64,000 bases of DNA from Balanoglossus misakiensis (lineage: Eukaryota > Animalia > Hemichordata), in the NCBI GenBank assembly GCA_040954595.2, contig CM082598.2, forward strand, positions 124,001 to 188,000. Reading direction: 5' to 3'. Under the pieces are notes generated by a model that was not told the DNA's origin, did not search any database, and saw nothing but the letters and a program-made list of their open reading frames with translations. Of this stretch, positions 1 to 14,100 are shown in pieces. The position numbers and the translations under genes are program-made. Position 1 is the stretch's first letter, and each line of letters opens with the position of its first letter.

Positions 1-391
1 TTTTCCATCATCGCAATCATCACCTTTGCCAGGTACAGTTGACAGCTCTTGTTAAAGCTCCGTCAGCTATAAAATCTACTTGTAATTTACAGGATTCGAA
101 CCCAGACCTACCGCACCAAAAATCACGTAGCAAGCAAGTCCGTGCACAAAACCACTGTGCCAAAACGCCTGCAAAATCCACTGGAAAAATCCCTGGGGTT
201 TTGAATGACTTTGAGCGTGTGAACCCTGAACTAAGAAATTACTTTCACTACAATTTTGTCTCAAAGGCTGCCACTTTACTTTGTTTAGTCTACCTAGGGA
301 GTCTTGCATGTTATCTTTCATAGCTCAACACTGCATTAACTTAAAATATGTTTTTCTTTTCATATTTTACAGAGCTGATACATACAGTTGA
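1..391 (+). CDS. 3' end of an unidentified membrane-protein gene (partial; possibly TMEM17/80/216 family)
   Basis: 1-32 reads FSIIAIITFA(R) up to AG|gtacag; an acceptor ttttacag at 372 gives (R)ADTYS* with stop at 389-391. Only about 16 codons are visible, so the family call is a weak resemblance. Confidence 0.3.
88..172 (-). mobile_element. tRNA-derived SINE head or degenerate tRNA-like sequence
   Basis: Pol III A box TGGCACAGTGG (152-162) and B box GGTTCGAATCC (92-102) on the - strand at tRNA-like spacing; no convincing cloverleaf. Confidence 0.5.
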
Positions 392-1626
392 AGAGAAAAA
401 CTCATCCTACTTGTATTCTATACAGTGTACCATAGCTGTAAATAGTTTCTAATTCCGATTCCGTATACATCTGAGCATTATATACTAGGAGATGACTAGA
501 AATGAATTTTTGATCCAGAGGATTATTGACAAATGCTGAATTTGTGATTTAAACAAAAAATGCCAGAAAATAATGTTGATTTGAAATCAAAGTTATACTT
601 CAGTATAACTACATGTAGATTATCCAAAATACATTCATACGCTATAATTTATTCTGTTCATGTGTTAAAATAATTTCAGATTTTGTCCACCTTTCCATGA
701 GTTCACTCGGACTATTGAAAAAAACAACAATAGGACTTGTTTGGTAATGAACGGGTATCAATGTACTTCACTTTTTGCATTCTCATTGCACTAATGTTTA
801 TTTATCAGACCAATCACATCATCACCATCTATTTTACTTTGCCTTGAAGGAATACAATCAATGCTTATTCACTTATTTAAATATACATTTAAATGGCCAT
901 GTCTAATGACCATTTAGTGGTGTTTTTTATGTGTGGCCACTTATGTCCTGGTGTAAATCCATGATTGGCTAAATTGCCAAGTTCTGTAGTTAGTACTGTG
1001 GCTAAATTTGAATGAGTGACTGTATATACTTAAGATGTACAAAGGCTCTTAAATATTTCAACATAAGAAGAAATAGGCCATTGAAATCAAACATTATAAT
1101 GGAATTGTATTCATACACATGTATATTAAAAGTTTGTTTTATACTAACCAAAATGTTCTGTGTTATGAATTGTCAGATCAGACCAATCATATCTCTTGAA
1201 ATTCTTCCTCGAAAGCATTTATGCTGTTTTGAGATTCATAGATATCATTTCTGAAAAAAATGGTAAAACACCATATTCATGTCAGGTCATGATCAGAAAA
1301 TCATCTTTGATATATTCCCAATTATTAATACTCGGAAATGAAGTAATTGTGTGATTTTCTTTTCTAAGCAGTTCTTCAATGATATATCGACACATATATA
1401 TGTGTAGCTTGGTTGTATAGGACTGGTCATTACTTTACATTCTTTTGTTTGAACAGACACTGGAATTTTATCCGCAGTGAACTGCAAAATGCGTACGATT
1501 TTTTTCCGTTCTTGCTGCCATTTTCATGTAAATAGTAAACGTAAAAACCCATTGACAAGCGCCTTTTTCGATTACTAGTATTGGTGGATTATACTCACAG
1601 CGCCCTCGTCGATGACATAGACTATC

Positions 1627-1638
1627 AAAGATGGCGGC
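1627..1638 (+). promoter_or_regulatory. YY1-type motif (AAGATGGCGGC) overlapping the AMN1 start codon
   Basis: Matches the YY1 consensus. Similar AAAATGGCG / CAAGATGGCG motifs occur at the PIH1D1 start (7797-7807, -) and at 9081-9090 in CpG-richer promoter-like DNA. Confidence 0.45.
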
Positions 1639-3980
1639 TATGACATATGTAAACAGTTCTTCCGTGCCGACTTTATTTACAGCGTAAGTTCTGTAGAATT
1701 CTTTCTTTCGTTTGTTGGCTTTCAGCCTTTGCACATCGGAAAGGTATATCGGTGGTTTTAGTAGCCAGCAGAACTTTGAGTGATCGTATTGCGGCAAGAC
1801 CGAAGTAAAACTGCTCTTCGAGTTCTCGTTTTCCTGCACAACTCAATAGTCAATGTAAACACTAATTTTTGTATCGATGGTTACTTTCCACTTTGGTGCA
1901 TGCATTTGTACAATGAGCTCTTCGACACGGTTACAAATCAATATTCTCCGGAAGGGGATAGCGTCTGGTGAATGATGTTCTTCACGTTTCATATCCAGGC
2001 ATGGCATATACATGTATCTGGGGGAATCTTGCTGCCAAGGGTGACATCTAGTTATTACGAGTGATGTTAATTTCAAAACGTGTCGTAAATATGCATAGCA
2101 CCACGTCTATATGGGAATACACTACAGTTACTAAAACGAAATAACACCTCTTTTTCTAAACAAGTATTTGTTTCGTTTCACAGGTCTCTGCAGCATGTTG
2201 TGAAACGTCTTCCACTTTATATGCCAGACATTGAAAGACTGCCCTCTAGAGTCAAAGATCGGTTACTGAATCTCATGAGCAAAAGAGGTCTTCTTACAGA
2301 TGACAACATTTCAAAGGTGAATAACAAACTGTTCTGATTGGTCACAGGCATTTTGAGTTGCTGCAACATTTGTCTTTAGATCATTTTTATTGATCAGAAG
2401 GACAAAGAATTCAGCAGAGGTCTGAACATTGAATCTATGGTACAAAACAGAAAATTCTAAGAGATAATAACATTTTACAGTAATGATATTTCTTGTAGGT
2501 CATTCACGACAGAGTTAGAGTACTTGATTTGAGTGAGTGTGACATCACTGACAATGGGCTTCAGACTATCAGTCTGTGTAAACAGTTGAGAAAGCTGGAT
2601 CTGAACGCTGCCAAGGAAGACAGAACCTCCATATCAACCACAGGCAAGTATGAACAGTCAAAGGCTTCTACTGAGCTCTGATTTGGATAACATATCTGGG
2701 ATTGAGCAATGTCCACTTTAGACAAGTTTTACTCTATTGCAGTATATTCCATGGAATACAACTTCTGAACATAGTGTAATAGACCGGTATGTTTAAGTTT
2801 GATTGACTATAATTTCATTCTTTTCTAGGAATACAACATGTGGCCCAATCCTGCCCCATTTTACAAACAGTTTACCTGAGGAGATGTCTGAACATCACAG
2901 ATGAAGCCATTATATCTCTAGCACAAGGTTGCAGACAATTGATGCTGCTGAATATTGGTGGATGTCGTCAGATCACAGATGCATCTTTAACAGCACTTGG
3001 ACAGCATTGTAGGATGCTGCGTAGTGTTAACTTCAGTAGAACTCAGGTACACATTGTCCATTGACATCAATAAATCACCAACTGCTTGGAATCTTTCACG
3101 TTTTCACTGCTTACTTTCAACAATTCTTTAAAAATCATTATCTTCTGACTATTAATTTTGAACTTTTCATGCATTCCAAAACTAACACAATCCCTCATTA
3201 TCATGAGTTTATTTGCAGCTTGCATCCTAATATTCAACAAGCAGAGATTCATTTTCAAAGTTTCTTTAAAATTGTCAAGTTTTCATCTGGTTTCTTACCA
3301 AGGTAACAGATGAAGGAGTGATTGATTTGGTGACAGGATGTTGCAAGCAATCGCTGACAGAGATTCACATGAAAAACTGTGTGCATGTCACGGATGATGC
3401 CGTAGAGGCTGTTATGGAATGCTGTCCCAAAATTTCCATTTTGCTCTTTGATGGTTGTCCACTCATAACAGGTAATCAAGATTAAGAATAGCAGAAGCAC
3501 AGTTTTACATTATTTCTGCAAAGGCATTACATGATAATGGCATTTATGCATCCAAATATAGACTGAAAATTGCCAAGAAAATGGTACAAAATGATGAACG
3601 AGATGGTCTGCAATTAATCCCAAAGGATTGCAAGTACCATCATTGGCTTGACACCATAGCATTGAATGTTTCTTCTCAGCTGGATTCAAATCAAAGGATT
3701 AACCCTTTCACCCCCAGTTCCCTCTTTAGAGGTCCAACCTTACCATAGAAAACAATAGATTTTGACTGAACCATGGTGGTGAAAGGGTTAATCTGCAGGT
3801 GACAGTACAATAAATTTATGTTCATGCAAACCATGATAGTAGAAACATACCATCTAAGTTGAAATTTTACTTACATTTAATTTTTTTTCTTTCTCTACCA
3901 TAGATCGTTCCAGACAGGCACTTGAAGAGCTGAGTGGTCCACAAACTACTATGAAACAAGTAACATGGACAATTTATTAA
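1631..3980 (+). CDS. AMN1: Protein AMN1 homolog (LRR_AMN1 leucine-rich repeats), about 264 aa
   Basis: Exons 1631-1683, 2184-2316, 2499-2643, 2829-3046, 3303-3471, 3904-3980 splice in frame (795 nt). Peptides [51 protein letters not shown] and C-terminal KQVTWTIY match vertebrate AMN1. Intron 3 is GC-AG. Confidence 0.93.
3699..3791. mobile_element. About 93-bp MITE with TTAA ends and CCCTTTCAC terminal inverted repeats (piggyBac-like)
   Basis: ttaaccctttcacc...ggtgaaagggttaa; homologous copies at 22175, 22847 and 33319. Confidence 0.8.
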
Positions 3981-5055
3981 AGAGTTTCAAGTGTCCAATC
4001 CAATATTCATGTGATATCAAGTCAAGAAAGATGATGAAATAGGAGTAACTCAGTATGCTTTATTTGCGTAACTTGGAACATTTTGCAGGTGTCATTACAT
4101 GTCTGTTTAAGTTTGATGTAAATTTAAGAACACTCTCTCTCCGTCCATTGTGTTCCTCCATGACACATATTTCTGATACACTCAGTGTTTTTGTGTTGAT
4201 AACTTTGTATACTGACTTAACTATATTTTTAAATGTTGTGCTTCATATATGCTTACTTGTACATAGTCTTTTATACATGAGCATATGGTTACTGTACCAT
4301 AAAGTACTTTCAAGTGGAGACTTGTTGAACAAGTCTGTGAGTGTACATATTAAATGGCATAAAAAGTTTTATGTTAAAATTTCAGATTATGTTGTTTGAA
4401 TAATTTTCAAATACACAATCATGTATTTTGCATGTTTCATGTTACCATACAATACTTTTATGCAGAAATAAAATGTGAACCATATTTTGTTGTAAGCTGT
4501 TGTTATTTATCCCAACACTTATTTCTTGAGTGTAATGTGTTGAATATGTCATGACTCTGCCTTCATGTCATCTTCTGGATTACAAAACTGAAACGACACT
4601 ATTTTGACTCTAAAGTCTCTTAAAATTCAGTAATCTGTCAAAGTTGAACAGATGTTGGTTTCATATACTCCAGGTTCTACAATATCAGTCTAAATTTCAT
4701 TTTTAACGACAGTATTGTGGTCAAACTTACCAGCATCATTGTCCATCAGTGATTTTCTTCTCTTGGCCGTCACCTAGTATATTCACAATTATTTTACCAC
4801 ATTTCAGTGAAATGCTCAAGAAATGTGGTCTTAAACAACAGTAATGTTACTGTAGTTATCTGGTCTATTTCTCTTCTGTTCCCAAACTGATGATCAAAGT
4901 TGACAGTGCATTGACCACTCTTTTTAGCGGGGAAACAACTTGTCTAAATTCTCCCGGGGAAAATCACTCCAAGTGTTGTCCTGTAATTGGTACTGTGGAC
5001 TCGGGCCTATGTTCAGCCATGACTCGTCAGCAGATATTGTCATCTTACAGGCAAA

Positions 5056-7803
5056 CTAAATGGGTTGAATCGCCAAGGTCAATGTGAGAATCTGAAAGAA
5101 AGCAAGAATACAGTTAAAGATGAGCTTCAGATTTGAAGTTGTTTGGGAAATTTCTATTCATGAGTGTAATATGTGTTGGACAACAGTAGGTATATTATTA
5201 AAAACATTTTACCTTCGTATTTTTGTTGAACTGTGCTCCACACTCATCTTGATCAATGTTATAGGGAAGATAAATATCCAAATGATAGACATTAGGATGT
5301 GCATGTAGAAGTATCCTGTCTTCTCCAAGGTCAAAGGTCAAAGTTTTAGCTGATTTCTGCAGAGAAATGTGACAACCACAGATACATGTATATAATTATC
5401 AATGAAAGCCAGAGTGTCAAACACAACACACATTGTGTTATAAAACATGTTTTGCACTATTATAGACAAACACCTCTGATTCTGTTGTCACAGTTGACAA
5501 TGATAATTGGCACCTTGTACCAACAGAACTTTATAACATTGCAAAAATTCGCTGCTACCAAGTTCACATGTGAAGTTCATACACTTACTTCAAAATTGCC
5601 TCTGAGGGAATTGTCTAATACCACAATCAACAAATACTCATTGATACTCACTACATTTGGAAGCATTATTTCAGCAACAAGGAATTCTGGATGGCCTTCC
5701 GGTGGCTCTCGTATTATCTGAAACTCCGGTTCTTGTCCTCTGCTTTTGTCTTCACATTCTGTGACTTCTGTGATAAGTGATTTCTTTGGTTTTTCTTCTG
5801 TCTTTGTTTCTTCGTCTTCTACTTCTTGTATTCTAGGTTTGGATTTGGTTCGGATGTTCTGTTCTGGCAAGGAACCTAAGAACTTTCTATTTTTCAAAAT
5901 TACGTAATCTGTGATTGAGAGAACAATAGGATCAAAATGCAATATATATGGCTGCTTCAATGTCAGTCAGATTTCACATTTGAGATACAAACAAACTTGT
6001 GGTAGTGGCCACCTGTATATAGTGGCACCACTATATGGCACTCCATATGGCCATATATAATTCTCTCCGTTGAGCGTAAAAATACACAACACTACTTACT
6101 TCTGTCAAGCGTCATATCATATTTTCCTTCTAGGCCTTCCATGCATATTGTGAGGAAAAATCCTTGAAACATCATATTTTCCATAATTTTCTCAAAAAAC
6201 ATTGAGTTGATTATGGCATCGTAAGCAGTACAGCCATTGCCACCTGTAGAGAAAAGGATCATGAACTTTGTTGACTTCTTGTATCATTTGTACGACTTTG
6301 ACTGAAATCAGCCTGTACTTCATGGAAACATGATCTCACCAGAAACCATGGTGGAACTCAACAAACTCAAATAGTTTGTCTATGCATTATTAGGCAATGC
6401 ATTGTAGTGTAGCTTTAATATATGCTAACCTTTTTCCAGATTTTTAACAATCTGTGAATAAATTTTTTTTACTGCATGACCACTATTTTGTTTGTCAGCA
6501 TAGCTTGTAAAGCAACGATTTATTCAGAGGTGTATATGGAATAAGCAATGTAAGAGTTAAAGACAGTTATGTAAGAATTGAATTTTTACAGAATAACTCA
6601 CTTTTGTCGATTTCAGCATGTGGTTCACCTAAACTCATAGGAACTCTATAGTCTGATCCATCTGAAAACAATATTTCTTGGAGCTCTGATTCCGAGAGTT
6701 CCTTTGGTGCTGGCATCTGTGGAAAAGTGAGGAACATAAAATTGTCATGTTTGGTTGGTTGGAAACATGATATTGAATCTAACCTTCAACAACAAAGTTA
6801 TGTAGAGTTTACCAACACACTTGATCAGAGAATAAGTGCAATGCAATGCATTTGAAGGTGAGAATTATGTTGAATACATAATGCACACATACATCCAGAT
6901 ACACAGTCATAATAGGATGTACGCTTGATTCTAATATTTGACAAAGTGACATTTCCAGGAGGTATGCTACATTTTTCTACCTTGACCTCCAACAATATTT
7001 CTGAAACTCTCTCTTTACCTACCCTGTCAGTTTTGCACACATTGATAAAGACTTTCTCTCCCTTTTCATTCTTTGTTTTCAAGCAGAATCCAGGTTCTGG
7101 TATAACAGTGTTGAAAACCGGCATTTTTTCTGGATCTATTCCTTGCAGCTCACTCGCCTATAAAAGGAAATAAAATTGGTCAGTGAATGTAGAATGCTGA
7201 CAACCTCACTTCTTTCAGGAAACACTAGTTAACTGTTCAAGATCTGTTAAGATGAGTTAGCATCCCCTCTCCTTGCATCTTAATAGTAAGGCAAATGCGC
7301 CCGGTGCTATAATGTGCACAGTGCTAAAATGCCCTAGTCACGTCGGACACAAAATTGCCACAAGTTTGACAGATGCAACCACAGTTAATTTCACTTGTTG
7401 TCATGGTGATGATGTGCTGCCAAGGGCTGGGGCGGGCAGGGCGACAAGACGAGTGCGAACAATTGACATAAATGGGTTAGATCTGAAGAGAACGATGAGC
7501 TGTTAATGAGGATTAGCCCAGTTGTGACTTCCATGTACCAGCACTGCAAACATTCAGACACACGGGCCTCCACTAATGGAGCCGAGCCAGGGCGCCTATT
7601 TTGTTTTGTGGGGACGCATTGGTTAAATACACATGTACATAAACAACCACAAGAGACGTGATACGGATGTGGCGTTGAGACGATACATTCATGACATTCA
7701 CTACTAACTATGTAAACAATACCTGCAGTAATAATTTTTGGTACAACTCTTCTGTCTCGTCATCTTTTTCCGTTTCTAACAAACTTCTGTTGGGGGACGC
7801 CAT
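5056..7803 (-). CDS. PIH1D1: PIH1 domain-containing protein 1 (R2TP co-chaperone), about 303 aa
   Basis: Exons 7723-7803, 7023-7157, 6602-6716, 6100-6243, 5652-5908, 5213-5356, 5056-5091 (912 nt, in frame). Motifs PEPGFCLKT, KVFINVC, YRVPMSLGEPHAEIDK, LKNRKFLG, LDLDLGEDRI and terminal ILTLTL. Confidence 0.92.
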
Positions 7804-10183
7804 TTTGTTTCACAGCTGATTGACCACCTATGTTACTGTGCAGTTAGCTGAAAGCCCCATAACTTGACATATTATCGTTCAAACGCCATTTTCTCTTACA
7901 AAAGAAGCACCAACTTGGCCGTAGAGGGCGCTGGCGACCATCTTGTTTTCTAAATAATTTCCATTGCGTAACGCATAATCATAAAGTACATTGTACTTTC
8001 TACAAGATAGTTTTCTAATATTTTCAAACATCTATCTAAATTCTGGAATGGTTTGTTTCCTCATCAACATGGTTATATTGTCATTTTATCTTATTTTCCT
8101 TTCTTACTCTTCGCAAGTCAAGCGATGTGACCCACAATTATGACGTCTAGTAGACATCTTACTAAATGTGGGTTGACATGGCAACTTTTAACTCCTCTTT
8201 ATCACTATATCAGGACGAAATTAAGGTGTTTTCATGCTGAAGTGATTGTCTCTTGTAATTGTCCTAATTTGCATATTACTGGTACATGTACATGTATTTG
8301 CCAATTGTGTTCATAGCTAAAGTTTTCAATGCAATTCCCTTCAAGTTGACATTGCAAGAACTTTGCGGGCTTGTGTATAGGTCAGTTGTATGGGATTCTT
8401 CAAAAGTGTCATGTGTCAAAGAGTTTTCAAAGAAAATTTGGTAATCTTCATGCTTTAAACACTCAGTATGGTAACTTTTAATGAAATACGTGTACATGTA
8501 TTACTTTTTGTTTTTTAAACTCACAATTACATGCCATTTTCGGCAGTGTAGCTTCTTCATTTCGATTTTTACTGGTTTATTATCTAGGATATGGTCGCTA
8601 GATTCTGATTTATTGAATTATTTTCTCATCCCAGCAATTATCTATAACTTCACAACTATGATACATACGCAGCGCGACCGTGCTACTGTTTTTGTGCATG
8701 CAAATAAGCAAATGACAGTGACGTCACTCTTGTCAAAGGTCTGGGAGCATATCTTTCAGTTTGGCCAATAAGGAAACAGATTTTTAACCATGTGAACATC
8801 AACAACCAATGAGGTCATTGCATTGAAGTCGCCATTGGAAATACCTGGAGGATCTTGAATCTGATCAATTTCCGTATTTTGTCGCCGAGATCTGCGGGAA
8901 AAGATCAGATTTGCGGCTGTCTATTTACCAATTTCCATCCGTGGGTACTGCAGACGACTTACATAAACCTTCTGACAGACTGTCAGTTTCTCGTTTAGAC
9001 AAATTATGTACCATCGGGAAGATCTGTACAGGTAAGCTGTTTAACGTAAGGATATGATATGTACATAATCCATCCAGTCTCAAGATGGCGATAATAAATA
9101 CGTATGTGTCTGTCTTTATGTCAACTCGAAAGCACAAGGATTTCACGGTTAACTATGGAATGTGTATTCTGCTAACACTATCACATGACTAACACCGTTC
9201 GATGATCTCGTGCTGTCTTCTTAGTAACAATGAAATTTAAACCAGTCGCTATGTTCGATCATGTCACGATTGGATGTAGCTGTTTTCAGAAATCGGAGTG
9301 TTTTAAATGACAGATTATTACGGACATCTATGGATGATGTCGTTTGTAAAACGTAGGCCGCACCAGATCAGAAAAGCCACACATTGGAGGCATGGATCGC
9401 CGGTAACCCAAATTTTGAACTGACCTTACATGATAGTTGTCAACCGTAAACAATTTATGTAAATTATCCGGAACCATCACCAAGCAAGTGTATATGGGGG
9501 TACCGCCGTGATATTGCTATTATAATCAGTACATTGTTTGGGTGTTCTATGTTTTCACGACTTACATGGTAATTTTAGCTTCGCTAAAAAAAGCCTGAAT
9601 GACATATGCATACAGATTCACGCCCAGACTATAATCTTACCTCCATTGATTGCAATGTATAATTTAAAACCTGCTGTATTCAATGTCATGAAACTTGTAA
9701 TGTCAGTAATACTATTTGTTAAATCACTTACATCTACCACTATTGTATTGTTCGTCACATGTTTCATATTTTTAGCTTAAAGTTCACTTAAAGGGACAGT
9801 TGGTGGTAATGCAAGCTGATCTCATTACATGTACCTGGATCACCACAGTGTTTCAACATAAAAAATTTGAAATTACAATTGTATGCAACAGGTACTGATC
9901 TCATTCATGGTCTTACTGTAGTGAGAGACAAATAAATAAAAAGGTTAGGAAAAATACAGAGTAGTGACAGTTTACATGTAACTGTCAATATGTGTGCTGG
10001 CAACCAGTGTTATTTTATGCAGCTAAAACAAACACAAAATTTAAACAAATAAACATTACTGTAGTGCCCTTCATGCTGCATATATCAGATAATTGTTGAA
10101 TGTCCCAGCTTTTTGTAGTTTTCTTTCATGCTTTCATTATTACTGGGAGCAGAGAATTAGTTTATTAGTTTGTGCTGCTATTG

Positions 10184-10209
10184 GTGTGTGTGTGTGTGTG
10201 TGTGTGTGT
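10184..10209. repeat. (GT)n microsatellite
   Basis: Visible dinucleotide run. Confidence 0.9.
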
Positions 10210-11150
10210 TTACATGTCTGTTTCTGACTTTCATGTGTATATGTATGTATCTGCCCATAAAGCCATTGTAAATACACTAATTCATTGACTCTTGATGGGT
10301 CCACTCCAAGTCCAAGCAGATATGCACATAATAATAATAATAATTAATTTCATTATTTTGTTTGGTGGGCATGGATGATCTATCGCTCATTTCAATCCAA
10401 TAAAGTGGACAATATTGTAATGGTCTTCTTGAATATACCGCGTACATATAAACATAACGTCATGCATTTCAACCTTTTGCACTGACCATTCAGAAGGGTT
10501 TTTTTCCAAGCCACTGGTTCAAGGCTAAAATTGAATTTCTATGTATTTGCAACCTAGGTAAACACAGCTTGCATTTGAACATAATTTTCTCCGCACATCA
10601 GCAAAATAAATTTATGGATTTATGGATAAATATCCTTCTTTAATTGAATTAACATCACTTTGTTGCTTTCTAGTATTTCTTTGTAATGTAATATTTGCAA
10701 TTTTGATTAATTATAATTTTGATTCACATTGGTCAATAATTCACTATCTGCACATGATCACGTAATCTTGATTGCTACAAGGTGTCACCTATTAGTTCCC
10801 ATCCCTTTCCACTCCCTTTCATTGCCAGTGCCTTCATGTGGACTTCATTGTGGATGTAATAATCCAAGCAAACACTTTTATGAGTGTTTAGTAAATTGCC
10901 CCTACAAAATTGTTGGTTAATTAAAAATAATGGTGGTGATCAGATGGTGTTCATCATCATCATTATTGCTCCCGCTAATGAATATAAAAATGTCAAAGAG
11001 TTAAAGTTCAGTACAAGAAACTGGCATTATTGAAAGGGTGTGGAATTGTGTGTATGTTGCATGTTTTGATAATGTTGATGTAATGTGTTTTGTATTTACA
11101 TGTATAGAGCATAATACAGACCCCTCTCATAATCATCCAGTAGAATAAAT

Positions 11151-14100
11151 ATGGCTAGTAAAAAGAAACACAGGTAGGTGAAAGTGTGTGAGAGTGTTTA
11201 CTGCAGTTCTGTTAGTCAGAAATAACTGCTAGATCAACAGTAGGTTGGACCAGTGTCAGCTAATTGTCTGTATTGTTGAATTCTGTCATCAGTCCATATC
11301 TCAATGAATCCTAGTTTAGCCTGTTCTTTGTACCCTGTACCCGTGCAGTAGTTGTATGCAAATGAGGTTTTGGCAATAAGATGCTAAATGGATAATGATA
11401 TGCCCATCAGAGGTACTTCACAGCAGTTTCCTACATGTGCTAGTCTACGGAGATCCGCAGCACTGTTGACACAGTCAGTCACATGACAGTCAAGAATGCT
11501 CCTGTGGTTATGTATGCGATAGTTGTAAATCTTTTCACCTTTTGGCTTTGTTTCATATTTTACATTATGGAACGGCTGATTTCAGTTTGTATAATGTCTG
11601 CTAACATGTAGCATTTCTAAAATGCTCTTGCCCTAAAACCAGTGAAATTTTTCAGTGTCTGTTGCTTGGCAACTGCATCTTCAAAGTCTCATTTCTTTAT
11701 GTCCCTGTAATAAAAGGACTGAAGTGGGCATTTCTAAGAAACTACAGATGTTTACAATTTACAAATAGATGAGCATGCTTATCTCCAGCAAGAAAGCCTG
11801 GATGAAATAAGCCACTGAATGAATACCATATTCTGTCTCATCATAGATGATAATGTAGATACATACAATACGTATAATATTATTTATTTAGTGTTCAAAT
11901 TTCATTAGTTTTAACATTTTAGTGATGGATCATTTTTGTTTCCACGGACAAACAAGGTTTCCATATTTTCTTTACTTGCACCAAATGGTTCTTATAATAT
12001 GCTATGATTTTAATAAATGTTTAAATATTATAAAAATGTACTTCAGGGGTGTACTCCAAAATAAAATAGTCACATACAAACTATTGCAGGGTAGAATAAA
12101 TAGAGATGTTAAAGTCATGTGATACTGATAGCAGACGCTGGTACAAATTAGCAAATTCATGTGTACTAGAATTGTTTGTGTTCTTTGTTTTTGTAGTGGT
12201 AACCGATCAAGTTCCCACAGTGGCTGGACATCTGCGCCACCAGGGAGTGTTGTTGACAATGAAGGGTCAAATTCACCAGGAAGTTTGCGACAACAGAAAC
12301 TTGAAAAACAGCGTGCCTTATTAGAGAAAAAACAGAAAGAGAAGCGTTTGACGCCTGGTATGGTCTTAGCCAATGAGGAGGTCCGTGCTTCCTCAGGTGG
12401 CAAGTCACGCCGCAATCGTCAAGAAGAAGCCCGTCCATTGGTTGATGTCAGTAGCAAGAGTAGCAGTGTTTATCATGGTGATGATTTTGGCGGTGAGTTA
12501 CCATAGCAACCCTCTGATTGACTTCAGTGAAGTAAAATGAACATGAAAAGTGAATAGGATGTTATCCTCAAGCAGTGTCACTGTCTGTCGCAGACCAAAA
12601 TACATTTTGTGTGTTCAAATGAACAGGTCACAATATGTGTTTGCAAAATGATCATTATGTTGTCAGTTATTATTTATAATGACACTAAAGATACCCTTCT
12701 GAAAAACGTTTAGTTGCCATTAAAAGCAGGCTTCAGGGTTTCTGTGTTGAATATTTTTAGAGAGTTGTTTTACTACCATGATTACTAGGAGAGAACTGTG
12801 GGGCATGGTCGTTTGCATGAAAGCTCTCTTTACTGGTATTTGAATTGATTCCTACCCTAGAGCATAAACAGTATATCATTGGGAAATTTAACTAAGTCCC
12901 ATTTGAAGTGCTTTTCATATCAACAATACAAGTGGACTGAGCATTGAATTTAAAAACCGCTTATTAAGTATATATCTAGATGATAATGACAAAGGAAAAA
13001 TTTTATATATTTAAGGTATTCAGTACTGTAAAAAATACTTCAGAGCATTAGATTTTAAAATAAGCTTCTATAAGATTTAATTCTCCCACAACTGTGACAA
13101 AGCTTCTGAAATCTCCTTTCTATCAAGGTCAGATACAAGTACATTGTATGTCAATGTCAACTGAATTTATACAAATGAAATCTATCAACTTCACAGAAAA
13201 TCGTGTTGTGTCAGATCGATCAGTTGTAAACATGTTGATGATTTCTAAACTAGAAGGCACACATTTGAACTCTGCCATATCAAAGTTCTCTCCTGGAGAA
13301 GAATTACTAATTTAATTGCAGGTGTGTTTCAGTTTATTAGCGCAAGGCTACAACCATTTACCAAGTCCCTAAAGACCTCTTAAACTGAAATGCCAATGGC
13401 ATGCAATGAGCTCAGCAAGATTTCCAAGGGATTGTGATGGAATAGTGAGACAAACCAAATGGGAACTGAATGTATTGATAGCACTTAGCTTAAAAAAAAC
13501 CCACTGGCAATTCGGCCTTAATTCTCCTTTCCTTTGTGCCTCCTTGCATCTCCTCATTATGTCTTCATCTAATAACTGACATGTCAATGCATCTTCACGC
13601 ACATGTGACATAAGGCAGAAATCATCGCATGAAAGATGAAACTGTCTTTGATGTGATTAACTGAAAATATAGCTGACAATCTCTTCTGTGCCTTAAAATC
13701 TCTAGGGTACGATGGTCCAGCATCATCTGTCCATGCAAGTGCAGATCGCAGTACAACAGTTCAAGTATTAACAGTTGGCGGAATGACCCCAGATGATGAA
13801 GAGCCAATTATTAAAACAACTACAGGTAGGACAAGACAACCTATCACCCCTCTAATTCAAACCAAAATACATTAGCCCTATTGTCACAATAAGGTTTGAC
13901 TTGTCAAGTCTTAGGCATGCAGGTAATCCTGTGATCTAACCTCATACACATCACATTGTCTTTCAACAGAAACAGAGAGGATTTTAGCAGCTAGGGGGAT
14001 TCCCACAAGTGCAGACTACCATGTTGAAAATGATGAAGAGACAATACCAACCAGCTCATCGCCCATCGGTGTATCTCCGCCCTCTTACACTTCAGTGACA

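Noticed and set aside
88-172. Functional tRNA gene
   Set aside because: A and B boxes are present, but the acceptor and anticodon stems do not pair convincingly.
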